A stretch of 63,621 bases of DNA, filler included, from Diploschistes diacapsis (Eukaryota), in the NCBI GenBank assembly GCA_023645945.1. It is 24 parts of 24 records of this genome, joined end to end, with 100 filler letters (N's around TTAATTAATTAA, not from the genome) between each part and the next. Parts side by side here need not be neighbours in the genome. Positions count along the whole stretch, not along the records: positions 4,761 to 23,469 come from JALAIB010000401.1; positions 23,570 to 24,659 come from JALAIB010004010.1; positions 24,760 to 25,848 come from JALAIB010004011.1; positions 25,949 to 27,037 come from JALAIB010004012.1; positions 27,138 to 28,225 come from JALAIB010004013.1; positions 28,326 to 29,413 come from JALAIB010004014.1; positions 29,514 to 30,601 come from JALAIB010004015.1; positions 30,702 to 31,789 come from JALAIB010004016.1; 16 more parts are not named here. One strand, given 5' to 3'. Shown here piece after piece: positions 22,711 to 34,265 of the stretch (its first letter is position 1; every line of letters begins with the position of its first letter). The position numbers and the translations under genes were made by a program. The notes beneath the pieces are model-generated. The model was not told the DNA's origin. It saw nothing but the letters and a program-made list of their open reading frames with translations, and ran no database searches.

Positions 22711-23569
22711 AGCCCTAGAACCTTGTACAAATCCAACTTTCGCTCGTCTCTGCAACTGTCTTACTAATCCAGATCAGCCATAGGTTTCGAGTCGTTATGC
22801 TGCCTGAAGAAAGCCGAGTTTACAGTTGAACAGGCGGAGCTCAAACACTTGTATTATTGTTCAGGCCATATGTGTTCAGCAACCTATGTTGTGCAATACC
22901 AACAGCTACTGGTGCAGATTCTTTTTCCGTTAGGAACACCACAAGTATCAATGTATTTTATACTCCTGGTAATACCGAACGAACAAGTCAATATAAATCA
23001 TGGTGCAGTTGCCACTATGAAGCTTTGAACTGACTGCCCCAATTGTCTTTCCTTCGTACTGCTCTTTTCGGATGGTGTCCTCAACTTGCGTCTGGAAATA
23101 CAACAACAACACTCCACTCCCCTGCCCGCAATCTCACGCGTCCCGTTACCGAAGCTATCCCACCCCAGTCCCTCATACACGCTGATTGGCGTGCTGTGAC
23201 TTATGCGGGACATGCAGCACCAAGCTCGTGAGCGGCCTTTTTCGTTGTCTCTTGCATGACGGGCCTCGACGAGGTTTCCTCGGCAGCCGAGTCTCCTTCT
23301 TGCGGCGGGATCAACGAACAGCCTTTCCCTCCTTTTAGCAACAAAGGCTGCTGCGGCGCCGAGACGGTGGGGAGGAGGAGAAAAAAAGGGGGACGATAAT
23401 CCCCTCGAGCGGGATAGCCGTGGGCGTAGTAGACGCGGTGGAGGGGTTGCGATATGGGCAGGGAAGGTCNNNNNNNNNNNNNNNNNNNNNNNNNNNNNNN
23501 NNNNNNNNNNNNNTTAATTAATTAANNNNNNNNNNNNNNNNNNNNNNNNNNNNNNNNNNNNNNNNNNNN

Positions 23570-24234
23570 CTGTAATATAGTATCCGTATTAGTAAATTTA
23601 CGTAAATAATATGTCCGTATTAGTATTCGTGTTTTAAATTTTTTAATTACGATGTCCGTATTCGTGAATTCACGGAAATATAATATCCGTATTAGTATCC
23701 GTGTTTTAAATTTTTTAATTACGGTGTCCGTGTTCGTGGATTTACGGAAATATAATGTCCGTGTCAGTATTAATATTTTAAAATTTTTAATTATAATATC
23801 CGTGTCCGTGCTTTCACTGCAGTGCAGTGTCTGTGTCAGTATCCGTGTTTTAAAATTTTAGCTGTCGTGTCCGTGTCAGTGACCGTGGCACGAAACGGCC
23901 AGCCTAATTAATGGATTCACGGAAATGTAATGTCCGTATTAGTATCCGTATTTTAAATTTTTTAATTACGGTATCCGTGTCCGTGAATTTATGAAAATAT
24001 AATATCCGTATCAGTGTCCGTGTTTTAAATTTTTAAGTTACGGTGTCCGTGTCAATATACGTGTTTTAAATTTTTAATTACGATGTCCGTGTCCGTGAAT
24101 TCACGGAAATATAGTGTCCGTGTTAATATCCGTGTTTTAAAAATTTAGCTATAGTGTCCGTGTTAATGTCCGTGTTTAAAATTTTTTTGCTGTAGTGTCC
24201 GTGTTAGTGACCGTGGCACGAAACGGCCAGCCTA
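23570..24234. mobile_element. Two nested or tandem hAT-like MITE copies (end A at 23906 and 24234)
   Basis: Terminus ...GGCACGAAACGGCCAGCCTA occurs twice, each preceded by degenerate ~70-bp units rich in GTGTCCGTG. Confidence 0.8.
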
Positions 24235-24659
24235 CTTTAATTTATCGGTAAACATTAGGTATCGCGATTTTACAAACGATTTCCTAAAATTATTAATTTT
24301 TGATCGAGGTAAATCGAGTCGAATAATTTTAATGCCATAAATTACGAGGTTATATAACGGTGGTTCGATATAATAATAATTTAATATAATAAGAGATAAT
24401 ACGCGCCCGAATATATCTATTATATAAACGAATTAAATTTTAATATTAATAATAATTTAATCGAATCGATTTAATAATATTATTATTATATAATTCTTAA
24501 AGTATTCGATATCGTAATGTTTTCGCCGTTGAAAAACGCGTTGGCGTAAAAGACGGATTATATTACTCGATTAAATAGATTACGTATAATACGTTCGGAA
24601 TGAATCGAATTATTTTTAATAATTCGAAATCGAGTTATTATAAGTCGAAACGCTTAAAC
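24235..24659 (+). mobile_element. Fot1/pogo DDE transposase relic
   Basis: About 24495-24659 is homologous to 25951-26115 (...ttttcgccgttgaaaa...), the degenerate QPLDV..F.PLK motif. Confidence 0.7.
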
Positions 24660-24759
24660 NNNNNNNNNNNNNNNNNNNNNNNNNNNNNNNNNNNNNNNNN
24701 NNNTTAATTAATTAANNNNNNNNNNNNNNNNNNNNNNNNNNNNNNNNNNNNNNNNNNNN

Positions 24760-25076
24760 TTTAATAATCGTAAAAAACTTAAATTAAATAAACGAATCGA
24801 ACTAAAAAATCATTTTATATTTAATTTAAACGAAATTTTTAAAATAATAATTCGAGTTAAATCGAGTCGAATAATTTCGAAACGATTTATAACGCGTAAA
24901 AAACGTTATCGTATTTTTGAAATCAAGAAGGATAAAGAGGAAAAAGATAGATTCGATTTAGATTAATTAAATTCTAATTGCGACGAATAGGTTATATTTA
25001 AAAACCGTAGAATGTTAACGGTAATGATTTGAAATGGCCGGACTCTAGGGGTGGCCGGACTCACCGTCAAACACGT
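24760..25076 (+). mobile_element. Fot1/pogo element 3' end and TIR
   Basis: Homologous to about 26450-26766. Ends GGTGGCCGGACTCACCGTCAAACACGT followed by TA. Confidence 0.85.
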
Positions 25077-25687
25077 TAATACAAACGAATCGAATCGTTT
25101 TGATCGAAAGAAGATTTATTTTTTTCAAAACTCGACCTTTAAAGTCTAACCGAGGCTAAAACTCCTTAAGTAAATTATTTTTTCGTTATTACCATATATG
25201 ATTCGATTATATGGTATGTTTTTTGTTTAGCTACAGATTTACAAATAAAAGGTATTCTGCCAAGTCTTTTCGGACTTAGGGCTTAACCCCGTAGTGAAAC
25301 CACACAGGCATAGATCAAAAAGTTTGTGTTGTGGTTTCGGATCCGATAGGGCTGTCATCTCTTGGCAAAAAGCTTCCTCTTTGGGCTTAGACTCACGACG
25401 AATGGGATTTACAACATTTGGTGATAGAGATACAGAGCCATCATCAATCCCTCGCTCAGCCTCGTGACATACCCTCGCAAAACACAGCAGGGGAGCAACA
25501 CTCATCTCCCCAAAGGCCTCAGTCTACCGTCAAGAACCTCCCGCAACACCGCCGCAGATCGCGCGTCCGGCCTGTGGTTTGTGGTCCGCGGCCTGAGGCC
25601 TCGAGCCTACCACTTCCTTTCCGGCACCCCCGATCCCTCCGTCGACAAACCTCTCCAAGCCTCCTCCCTCCGTCGACACAACGCGCC

Positions 25688-25814
25688 ATGCCCGCCAAAG
25701 GCGCCTCCACCCTCCCGACCCCGATCCGCCTCCCCCCCCTCCGCACCCTGCGCGTGCGGCGCCCAAACCAAAAGTCCGAGAACCCCTGCGTGGGCCTCAT
25801 GAGCTCCGTCCTCA
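25688..25814 (+). CDS. MRP10: Mitochondrial small-subunit ribosomal protein Mrp10/mS37, exon 1 (rest lost at contig end)
   Basis: MPAKGASTLPTPIRLPPLRTLRVRRPNQKSENPCVGLMSSVL followed by a GTACGT donor. Matches the recalled RLPPL..LRV.RP....NPC...MS.VL.CWAS pattern. Confidence 0.85.
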
Positions 25815-25948
25815 GTACGTTCCTCTCGCCAACGTCCCCCCTTCCTGCNNNNNNNNNNNNNNNNNNNNNNNNNNNNNNNNNNNNNNNNNNNNTTAATTAA
25901 TTAANNNNNNNNNNNNNNNNNNNNNNNNNNNNNNNNNNNNNNNNNNNN

Positions 25949-26766
25949 GAGACAGTTCTTTAACTATTCGATGTCGCAGTATTTTCGCCGTTGAAAAGCG
26001 CGTTGACGTAAGAGACGGATCATATTACTCGATTTAATAAATCGCGTATAATACGTTCGAAATAGATCGAATTATTTTTAATAAATCGGAATCGAGTTAT
26101 TACGAGTTAAAACGTTTAAATAAGTTTTATAAATATTAGATTATAATTTATTAATCTTATAACCGTGTTTAATAAGCTTTTTTCGATTTATCGGATCTTT
26201 TTACTTCTATTTTATAGTCCTTTTTTAACCTCTAATTAATTTAATTTAGATTTATTTTTATTATATAATTCTTTATTAAATACGACCGAATTACGAAAAG
26301 TTAATAAAGAATTTAATTAAACGTTACGAGCCGTTTTAGAATTAATTAGTCCGATTCGACGTTATTCGAGTCGAGTAACCCGTATGTTTAAATCGACGTA
26401 TATTAAACTTATAACGCTTCGTAAAGAAAACCGAGAATAAAAAACGCTTTTTAATAATCGTAAAAAACGTAAATTAAATACACGAATCGAATTAAAAAAT
26501 TGTTTTATGTTTAATACAGACGAAGTTCTTAAAATAGCAGCTCGGGTTAAATCGAGTCGAACAGTTTCGAAACGCTTTACAACGCGTAAAAAACGGCGTC
26601 GCGTTTCTGAAATCGAAGAAGATGAAGAGGAAAAGGATAGATTCGATTTAGATCGATTAGATTCTGATTACGACGAACAGGTTGTATCTAAAAACCGTAG
26701 AATGTTGGCGGTAGTGATTTAAGGTGGCCGGAATCTTGGGGTGGCCGGAATCCCCGTGAAACACGT
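25949..26766 (+). mobile_element. Fot1/pogo (Tan1/Vader-like TIR) transposon, 3' half, RIP-inactivated
   Basis: VL*LFDVAVFSPLKSAL is the degenerate LLQPLDV.VF.PLK DDE_1 motif. TIR ...GGTGGCCGGAATCCCCGTGAAACACGT followed by TA. Related TA-flanked termini at 25076, 28464, 30502, 31332 and 58168. Confidence 0.88.
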
Positions 26767-27989
26767 TATAAGTAAGTTCTGTATTTTTTATAAATGTAGT
26801 TATATATAAAGTTATAATCCTAATATTAAGTGTCGTATAAAATATATTCGTAGTATCGTTTGAACGTTATATTGATAATTAGCTTGCCGTATAGGACATA
26901 TTCTCGTTTTAATGATCTAAGTAGTCGTATCGGAAATCTTTATATTCGTTTAATTGTTCGTAATCTGAATAATTTCGATCGTTGGTAATAAGAGTCTTTT
27001 TTTAAAGTATTTTTTTTAATAATAATACGGTTATTAANNNNNNNNNNNNNNNNNNNNNNNNNNNNNNNNNNNNNNNNNNNNTTAATTAATTAANNNNNNN
27101 NNNNNNNNNNNNNNNNNNNNNNNNNNNNNNNNNNNNNAACTAATATAACCCGTTTAAAATTTTCTAAATTCATATTTTAGAAACGTACGCCCTAAAAAGA
27201 CCAAATAAAAAGATCTTAAAAAATCTAATTTACGATAATAAACTCGTACGCGCTCACGGTTATAAAAACTTAAATAAAGCGTAATAAAATATAAAAACCA
27301 TAAAGGACCTTAAAATCAAAAAAGATCCTCAATCGCCAGAAGTCGAAAAGATTCTATTAAAATATAATAAAACCGATTACACGTATAACGAACTAAAAAA
27401 TATCTTAAAACAAGAATAATAACGGTTACTACGACAAAAAGCGTTGACATCAGAAGATGGTTCAAACTTAATAAAAGAAAGACAAGATATCATTTATTCG
27501 CCCAATCAAAACGATATAACAAAAAAAGTAATGAATACTTCCCTTACGAAACGAAGGCATAAAAAGAACGCTAAAACAAATCGAATAAAATCTAATATAA
27601 ATCTATCGACACGAGTAATTCCGTAATAAGTGAACGTACTTATAAAACCAGATAACGATCAATAGAACGTTAGCGACGCCGCCAAACAACCCGATTTAAC
27701 TATATAATCTAAAGAAATGAAATCTAGGATAAAGATAGATCTCATAGATCCTATAAACCCAAATCTAGGTATAAAAATCAGTACATTAGTAGAATTAGGT
27801 TAGGATTTAAATCCAAAGGTCGACTCTAATAAATTCAATCCGAATCTAATAGAACATATTATTAGTCTTAGATTTAATAAAAGATCTAAATAACGAAACA
27901 ATTTTAAACGAAAGATTTTTAAAAATTAATCATAAAACATTATAAAGATCATTATTAGAAGTATAAAATATTTTGACCAAAGTCCTGAA

Positions 27990-28225
27990 TAGGCTGGCCG
28001 TTGCGTGCCACGGTCACTGACACGGACACTACCGCGAAAATTTTCTCGGCACGGACACTTCTACGGATATTATACTATAGTAAACGCACGGACACGGACA
28101 TTACGACTAAAAATTTTAAAATACGGACATTTCCACGGATATTACGGTTAAAAATTTTAAAACACGGATATTTTCACGGATATTATATTATAATAAATTT
28201 ACCGAAATATTACTATAAATTCACC
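27990..28225. mobile_element. hAT-like MITE end A (reverse orientation)
   Basis: TAGGCTGGCCGTTGCGTGCCACGGTCACTGACACGGACAC followed by ACACGG repeats. Confidence 0.8.
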
Positions 28226-28499
28226 NNNNNNNNNNNNNNNNNNNNNNNNNNNNNNNNNNNNNNNNNNNNTTAATTAATTAANNNNNNNNNNNNNNNNNNN
28301 NNNNNNNNNNNNNNNNNNNNNNNNNATCGATGAGCGACCTAATAGTAATATTTCGAAAGTAAATCAAAATAACGATTAAATTCGAAGAGTTATTAAAGAT
28401 TTAAAATATTTCTTGGCAAAAGTGGCCCAGATGGGGGGGTGGCTCAACTCCCCGTGAAACACGTTATCCGCTCACTATTAGTGTCCGCTCGCTATACAT

Positions 28500-28935
28500 A
28501 TACGTTAAGTTAATAAATTATTAATAATATTCGAGTTAATTAGTACTAGTGGTATCGGATTTAACGGGGTTTATCAGGTACTATATATTGTCGCGAAAAT
28601 ATTGAGAATGGCGTATTTTTATATTACGTAAGCGTGGATATTCGTAGCGTGAGAGCTTTAGCGAGTTTTTAACGCTAGTTATCCCGCGCTAAATTAGCGG
28701 ATTTTTTAATATTTTTTTCGAGAATTTCTTTTTTAAAAGTATTAAAAAAAGCGTTTTTATTTTCTGATTACGTAATAAAATGGATTGGCCTCGCCATCTT
28801 TGCCGGTTTCGTTAGTTTTGCTCGTTTCGCCAGGTTTCGCCAAACGTTTTGGCGAAAGCTGGCGAAATGGGCAAAACCCGCGAAACAGGCACTTTCGCCG
28901 GAAATTTTTTTTGGCTTGAAAAACTTTTCGTGATG
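28500..28935 (-). mobile_element. CACTA-like non-autonomous element, left-end copy (terminal bases lost)
   Basis: Reverse complement of about 32480-32950, with TTTCGCC repeats. Confidence 0.65.
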
Positions 28936-29056
28936 ACGCCAGTAAAAACTACAGACAAAAACGAGCCTTTAAAATAAAGTAATATTAATTATCACGACGA
29001 TCACGCTCTTCTATAAAATCTAAAAGCATATTTAACTAAGAACGCCGCCGAAAGGG

Positions 29057-29200
29057 TGTTATGATCTCTATCTCTATAATGTAGACACGAGGTATTAATC
29101 AAGGTGGTTTGGTCTCTGTTAGAAGAGGAGTGTGGTAGGAGAAGAAGTAGATCGGTTATAGGTCTGTATTAATCTTTAGAAAGATTGTTATCCGTTGATT
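29057..29200. repeat. LTR-like repeat starting TGTTATGATCTCTATCTC; second copy in reverse ends at 31043
   Basis: About 29057-29170 is the reverse complement of about 30930-31043. TGTTA/TAACA terminus. Inner boundary approximate. Confidence 0.65.
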
Positions 29201-29739
29201 AAAGGTAACGAATATAAATTGACTTGGAATAATCGTTAAGGATGTTTATAAAAATAAACACGTTTCGATTTAAAAAAGTTATAACGGTATTTTTATATAA
29301 TTTAGGGCGATAGTTGGTTGTCGATAATAGAATTGTTACGATAGAATTATTATTGATAGATAATTGTTTAAATAGATCTGTTTTTAATAAATGTTTGTCA
29401 CTGAATATCTATTNNNNNNNNNNNNNNNNNNNNNNNNNNNNNNNNNNNNNNNNNNNNTTAATTAATTAANNNNNNNNNNNNNNNNNNNNNNNNNNNNNNN
29501 NNNNNNNNNNNNNATAAAGAAAGAAAAGAAAAGATGAAAAAAATAGAGTCTTTATATTAAATCCACGTTAGTAGTGAATTAATAATAATAATATATTAAA
29601 ATATTAACGACTCGCCGTCGACGCGTTAGTTAGGAATTAACAAATATTAACAAAATTGGGTATTAATAATTAATATTACTAAAATATAGAAGATTAACGA
29701 CACGTTAGAAATCTATTATCGTATAATTAATAATAAAAG

Positions 29740-30210
29740 TAGGCTGGCCGTCACGGACACTGACACGGCCGTGTCCGTGTTTTAAAATTTTTAGCCGTAG
29801 TGTCCGTGTTAATGGATTTACTGCAGTGTAGTGTCCGTGTTAATGTCAGTATTTTAGATTTTTTAATTATAGTGTCCGTGTCCGTGCTTTTATTATAATG
29901 TAATGTCCGTGTTAATGTCCGTGCCGAGAAAATTTTAGTTACGGTGTCCGTGTCCGTGCTTTTACTGTAATGTAGTATCCGTGTTAATGTCCGTGTCGAG
30001 AAAATTTTAGCTGCGGTATCCGTATCCGTGTTTTTATTTTAATATAGTGTCCGTGTTAGTGTCCGTGCCGAAAAAATTTTAATTACGGTGTTCGTATCTG
30101 TACTTTTATTGTAATGTAGTATCCGTGTTAGTATTCGTGTTAAGAAATATTTGGTTACGATATCCGTGTTCGTGAATATATTATAATATAATATCCGTGA
30201 TTTCGTGTTT
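29740..30210. mobile_element. hAT-like MITE end B with tandem ~70-bp units
   Basis: Starts TAGGCTGGCCGTCACGGACACTGACACGGCCGTGTCCGTG. Shares the 11-12 bp TIR TAGGCTGGCCG(T) with end A. Confidence 0.75.
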
Positions 30211-31331
30211 ATAAAAAAATGGCCGAGAATATGGCGATAAATATAATAAAAAATAATATTAATATCGGCATATTATAGCTTATAAATATATTTAATAGAT
30301 TTACGAATATTATTTATAACGGATTTTTATAAATAAAAGAATTATATTAAAAGATATACGTATAATTAAATTCCATGTTTACGATTCTTAGATTTACGTA
30401 TTATATCCTACGATATAATTTGCGAATAATTACGCTTTTGAACGTTATTTATAAACAAATAAAGTTCCTTTAAGTTATCTATAGTGATTATTAGTTTCAT
30501 AACGTGTTTGACGGGGAACCGGGCCACCCCCAGAAATGGGCTACCTCTCATTATAACTTTCATCTTTTTCTTCGATTTTTTCAATAATGATTATCTCGTA
30601 TNNNNNNNNNNNNNNNNNNNNNNNNNNNNNNNNNNNNNNNNNNNNTTAATTAATTAANNNNNNNNNNNNNNNNNNNNNNNNNNNNNNNNNNNNNNNNNNN
30701 NATAGAAAGCCTTGGAAGCTATTTTACCTTCTATAAATAAAACGGGAGAACGATAGTTCTATTTATCTATTAATCTACGCCGCTAAGAAATAGTCAATTA
30801 TATAAAAACGTCGTTATGGTTCTTATAAGTCCTAATATGTTCACTTTTATAGATATCCCTAGTTATTACTCGGGATTAATCTATATTCGTTACTTCTATC
30901 ATTAGAGAGCTTTCTTTCTAGAGACAGTCTAAGACCTATAACTGCTCTACCTTCTTCTCCTGCTTGCACTCCTCTTCTAAACGAGACCAAACCCACCTTG
31001 ATCAATACCTCGTGTCTACATTGTAGAGATAGAGATCATAACAATAACGCGTTTATATGTCGGCACGATTTTTGTTAATTTAAAAACCTTTTGATTACGG
31101 CGAATACGACATTTACGCTGAAAACGACGATCTTTAATTTCACGGAATTACTTTTTTAGTTCTTCTTCTTATTTATTATTCTCGTTAATAAGTTTTATTA
31201 TTTTTTTCGATCTCGTCTCTCTTCGAAAGGATGGTTCGTTTAATTATTTCTTAAATGATAGAAATGCAATCCTTCTTATTAAACTTAACATAACGAACGC
31301 ATTTAACGGAAATAGAAGGCATCTTAATATA

Positions 31332-31789
31332 ACGTGTTTCACGGGGATTCCGGCCACCCCCAGATTCCGGCCACCTCAAATCACTACCGCCAACATTCTA
31401 CGGTTTTTAGATACAACCTATTCGTCGTAATCAGAATCTAATCGATCAAAATCGAATCTATTTCCTCCTCTTTATTCTTCTCGATTTTAGAAACGCGATA
31501 ATATTTTTTACGCGTTATAAATCGTTTTAAAACTATTTAATTCGATTTAGCTCGAGCTGTTATCTTAAGAATTTTAGTTATATTAAATATAAAACGATTT
31601 TTTAATTCGATTCGTTTATTTAATTTACGTTTTTTACGATTATTAAGAAGCATTTTTTTTTCGGTTTTTTTTACGAAGCGTTATAAGTTTAATATACGTC
31701 GATTTAAGTATACGGGTTATTAGACTCGAATAACGTCGAATCGGGCTAATTAGTTTTAGAATAACTCGTAACGCTTAATTAAATTCTTT
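31332..31789 (-). mobile_element. Fot1/pogo element 3' end (reverse copy)
   Basis: TA|ACGTGTTTCACGGGGATTCCGGCCACC..., reverse complement of about 26310-26766. Confidence 0.85.
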
Positions 31790-31889
31790 NNNNNNNNNNN
31801 NNNNNNNNNNNNNNNNNNNNNNNNNNNNNNNNNTTAATTAATTAANNNNNNNNNNNNNNNNNNNNNNNNNNNNNNNNNNNNNNNNNNNN

Positions 31890-32027
31890 AGGTAGCGCTA
31901 TCCCACTGAGCCAAAAGACTAACCACAATGCTTTCAGGAACCCCGAAGCACTGTTTCCCTATTACACTATATGTAGGTGCGTGGCTGTGGCAGTAGGCGG
32001 CAGATGTGTAACCCCGCAGGCCTTACA
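31890..32027. repeat. LTR-like repeat ending TTACA; second copy at about 57390-57535
   Basis: Shared core GAACCCCGAAGCACTGTTTCCCTATTA(C/T)ACTATATGTAGGTGCGTGGCTGTGGCAG. Both copies end in TTACA. Confidence 0.6.
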
Positions 32028-32146
32028 CGGTATCCGTGTTCGTGTTTTTATTATAATATAATATTCGTGTTAATATCCGTGCCGAGAAAATTTTTGCTAT
32101 AGTGTCCGTGTCAGTGACCGTGGCACAAAACGGCCAGTCTAACTTA

Positions 32147-32322
32147 ACGGATCACAGCACAAAGCGGCTCACAATCCCTGCACCTTCGTAGAATGTATTT
32201 CATAACATTTTCACCTTTCGTACAAGTAATTTTATGTGTAGTTATAGGGCTCAAAAGCTCGCTTAAAACTATCTAGCGCATCTACATTATAATGTAGTGA
32301 GCCGCTTTATGGTGTGATCCGT
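32147..32322. mobile_element. Complete 176-bp MITE with 26-bp TIRs and TA (or TTAA) target duplication
   Basis: ACGGATCACAGCACAAAGCGGCTCAC...GTGAGCCGCTTTATGGTGTGATCCGT, 24/26 inverted match, flanked by ACTTA and TAAGT. Confidence 0.8.
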
Positions 32323-32474
32323 TAAGTAGTGAAACACGTTAAGGAACATTCTAAAATAATGATTACTAATCATACTAGCGTGAAATGTGCCTATAAAAGG
32401 CCTCTCACCCTCTAACTTTCATAGTTATATAACTTTCAACCTCTTCAATATATTATTACTGAACAATAGTCAGC

Positions 32475-32977
32475 TACTACATCACGAAAAGTTTTTCAAG
32501 CCAAAAAAAATTTCTGGCGAAAGTGCCTGTTTCGCGGGTTTCGCCTATTTCGTCAGCTTTCACTAAAATGTTTGGCGAAACATGGCAAAACGGGCGAAAC
32601 TGGTGAAACTGGCGAAACTGGCGAAACCTAACGAAACTGGCGAAACTAGCAAAACCGGCGAAGATGGCGAGGCCAATCATTTTTATTACGTAATCAGAAA
32701 ATAAAAAGCATTTTTTTAATATTTTAAAAAAAAATTTCGAAAAAAAATATTAAAAAATCCGCTAATTTAGCGCCGGATAACTAGCGTTTAGAACTCGCTA
32801 AAGCTCTCACGCTACGAATATCCACGCTTACGTAATATAAAATACGCCATTCTTAATATTTTCGCGACAAGATATAGTACCTATTAAACCCCGTTATATC
32901 TGATACCACTAGTATTAATTAACTCGAGTATTATTAATAATTTATTAACTTAGCGAAAATACTTTATATAATATAAT
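32475..32977 (+). mobile_element. CACTA-like non-autonomous element, left end
   Basis: Starts TACTACATCACGAAAAGTTTTT (CACTACA after CpA>TpA) followed by GGCGAAACT subterminal repeats. Confidence 0.7.
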
Positions 32978-33077
32978 NNNNNNNNNNNNNNNNNNNNNNN
33001 NNNNNNNNNNNNNNNNNNNNNTTAATTAATTAANNNNNNNNNNNNNNNNNNNNNNNNNNNNNNNNNNNNNNNNNNNN

Positions 33078-33570
33078 GAATAATATAATGAATCGAAAGC
33101 ATAACGCCCGATTATCTTATTCAACACGATAAATAAAATAATCGAAAAAGAATTTATAAATCAAATAAAGGACGTAACCGAAAAAAAAGAATTCTTTTCC
33201 CGTATTTAAATGGGCGGCTGGAAAGGCCGTTCGATAAAAACGGCGGTAAAGTTATTAATAAAATAAATCCATATTATCTAAAGCACGGGATCGGGAAAAA
33301 ATATAATAACGTTATTATCGTTAAATATCGTCGGGATATTTAACACGATGAATCATATTCGGTTCTTGAACGTATTACGAACGAAAGGATTTTTTAAATA
33401 AATGATAAATTGGACGATAGCTTTTTTATAAGAACGACGGATCATGTTATGTTTCTAAAACGAAGAAACCTTATTTCGAAAGATTACCGTTAAAGTTTTA
33501 TAAGATTCGCCGTTATCGATTATTTTATTTCTTTTATATAATTTTATCTTCATGGAAATATGCGAAGATA
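33078..33570 (+). mobile_element. Tad1-like LINE reverse transcriptase relic
   Basis: KA*RPIILFNTINKIIEK...*MGGWKGRSIKTAV...LLSLNIVGIFNTMNHIRF...*DSPLSIILFLLY are degenerate WRPISLL, QMGGR..RST, LD..GAFD and QGSPLSPILF motifs. Confidence 0.85.
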
Positions 33571-33881
33571 TGAAACGCCAGCGCAGGAAAGGACGCTACT
33601 CTACCGGGGGCTGGGCCTGATCCGGAAGGATTAGGTGTAGCTTGGGTATCTACAGGTAAAAGGTCTCGATTCGAAAAGCTGAAAAAGAAACTATTTAAGT
33701 GGGAGAAAAATACCGTTAAATAATGTAGATGTTAGACCTATTAGGGTTCGGGGACTACCCGTCTACACAGCCATCCCCTGACCCTGCCGTGTCTTAGCAA
33801 GCACCTGGGCATTGACCCTGCCGTGGCTTGGCAAGCACCTGGACATTGACCCTGCCGTAGCTTGGTAGGTCCAGCTTGACA
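33571..33881 (-). repeat. LTR (TG...CA, ~311 bp) of a retrotransposon inserted into the LINE; related copy ends at 57198
   Basis: TGAAACGCCAGCGCAGGAA...CTTGACA with three internal TGACCCTGCCGT units. Reverse-complement homology to about 57000-57198. Confidence 0.75.
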
Positions 33882-34265
33882 GGCCCCTAAACTAGGTTAT
33901 CTCATTATCTTCCTTTTTAGATGCTTATGTCTTTTATAAGCGCGATGTTTTTTTTAATTAATCTTTATCTCGATCTTCATTCCTTTTTTTAATTTATTTA
34001 AAAGAATACCCGTTATTTTTTCGTAATAGATATTTCCGTTTCTTTAAACTTCTTTTAACGTCGTTTTTAATTAAATACATTTTTAGATTCTATAAAAAAG
34101 TATAATCGTCGTAATAATCGATACCGCCTTATTTTAAAAATTCGTCCCCGTTTATAGTTCTTATTNNNNNNNNNNNNNNNNNNNNNNNNNNNNNNNNNNN
34201 NNNNNNNNNTTAATTAATTAANNNNNNNNNNNNNNNNNNNNNNNNNNNNNNNNNNNNNNNNNNNN

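Noticed and set aside
29740..30210. Regularly spaced GTGTCCGTG repeats resembling a CRISPR array
   Set aside because: The intervening segments are themselves repeated, the array is bounded by transposon-like TIRs, no cas genes are present and the context is fungal.
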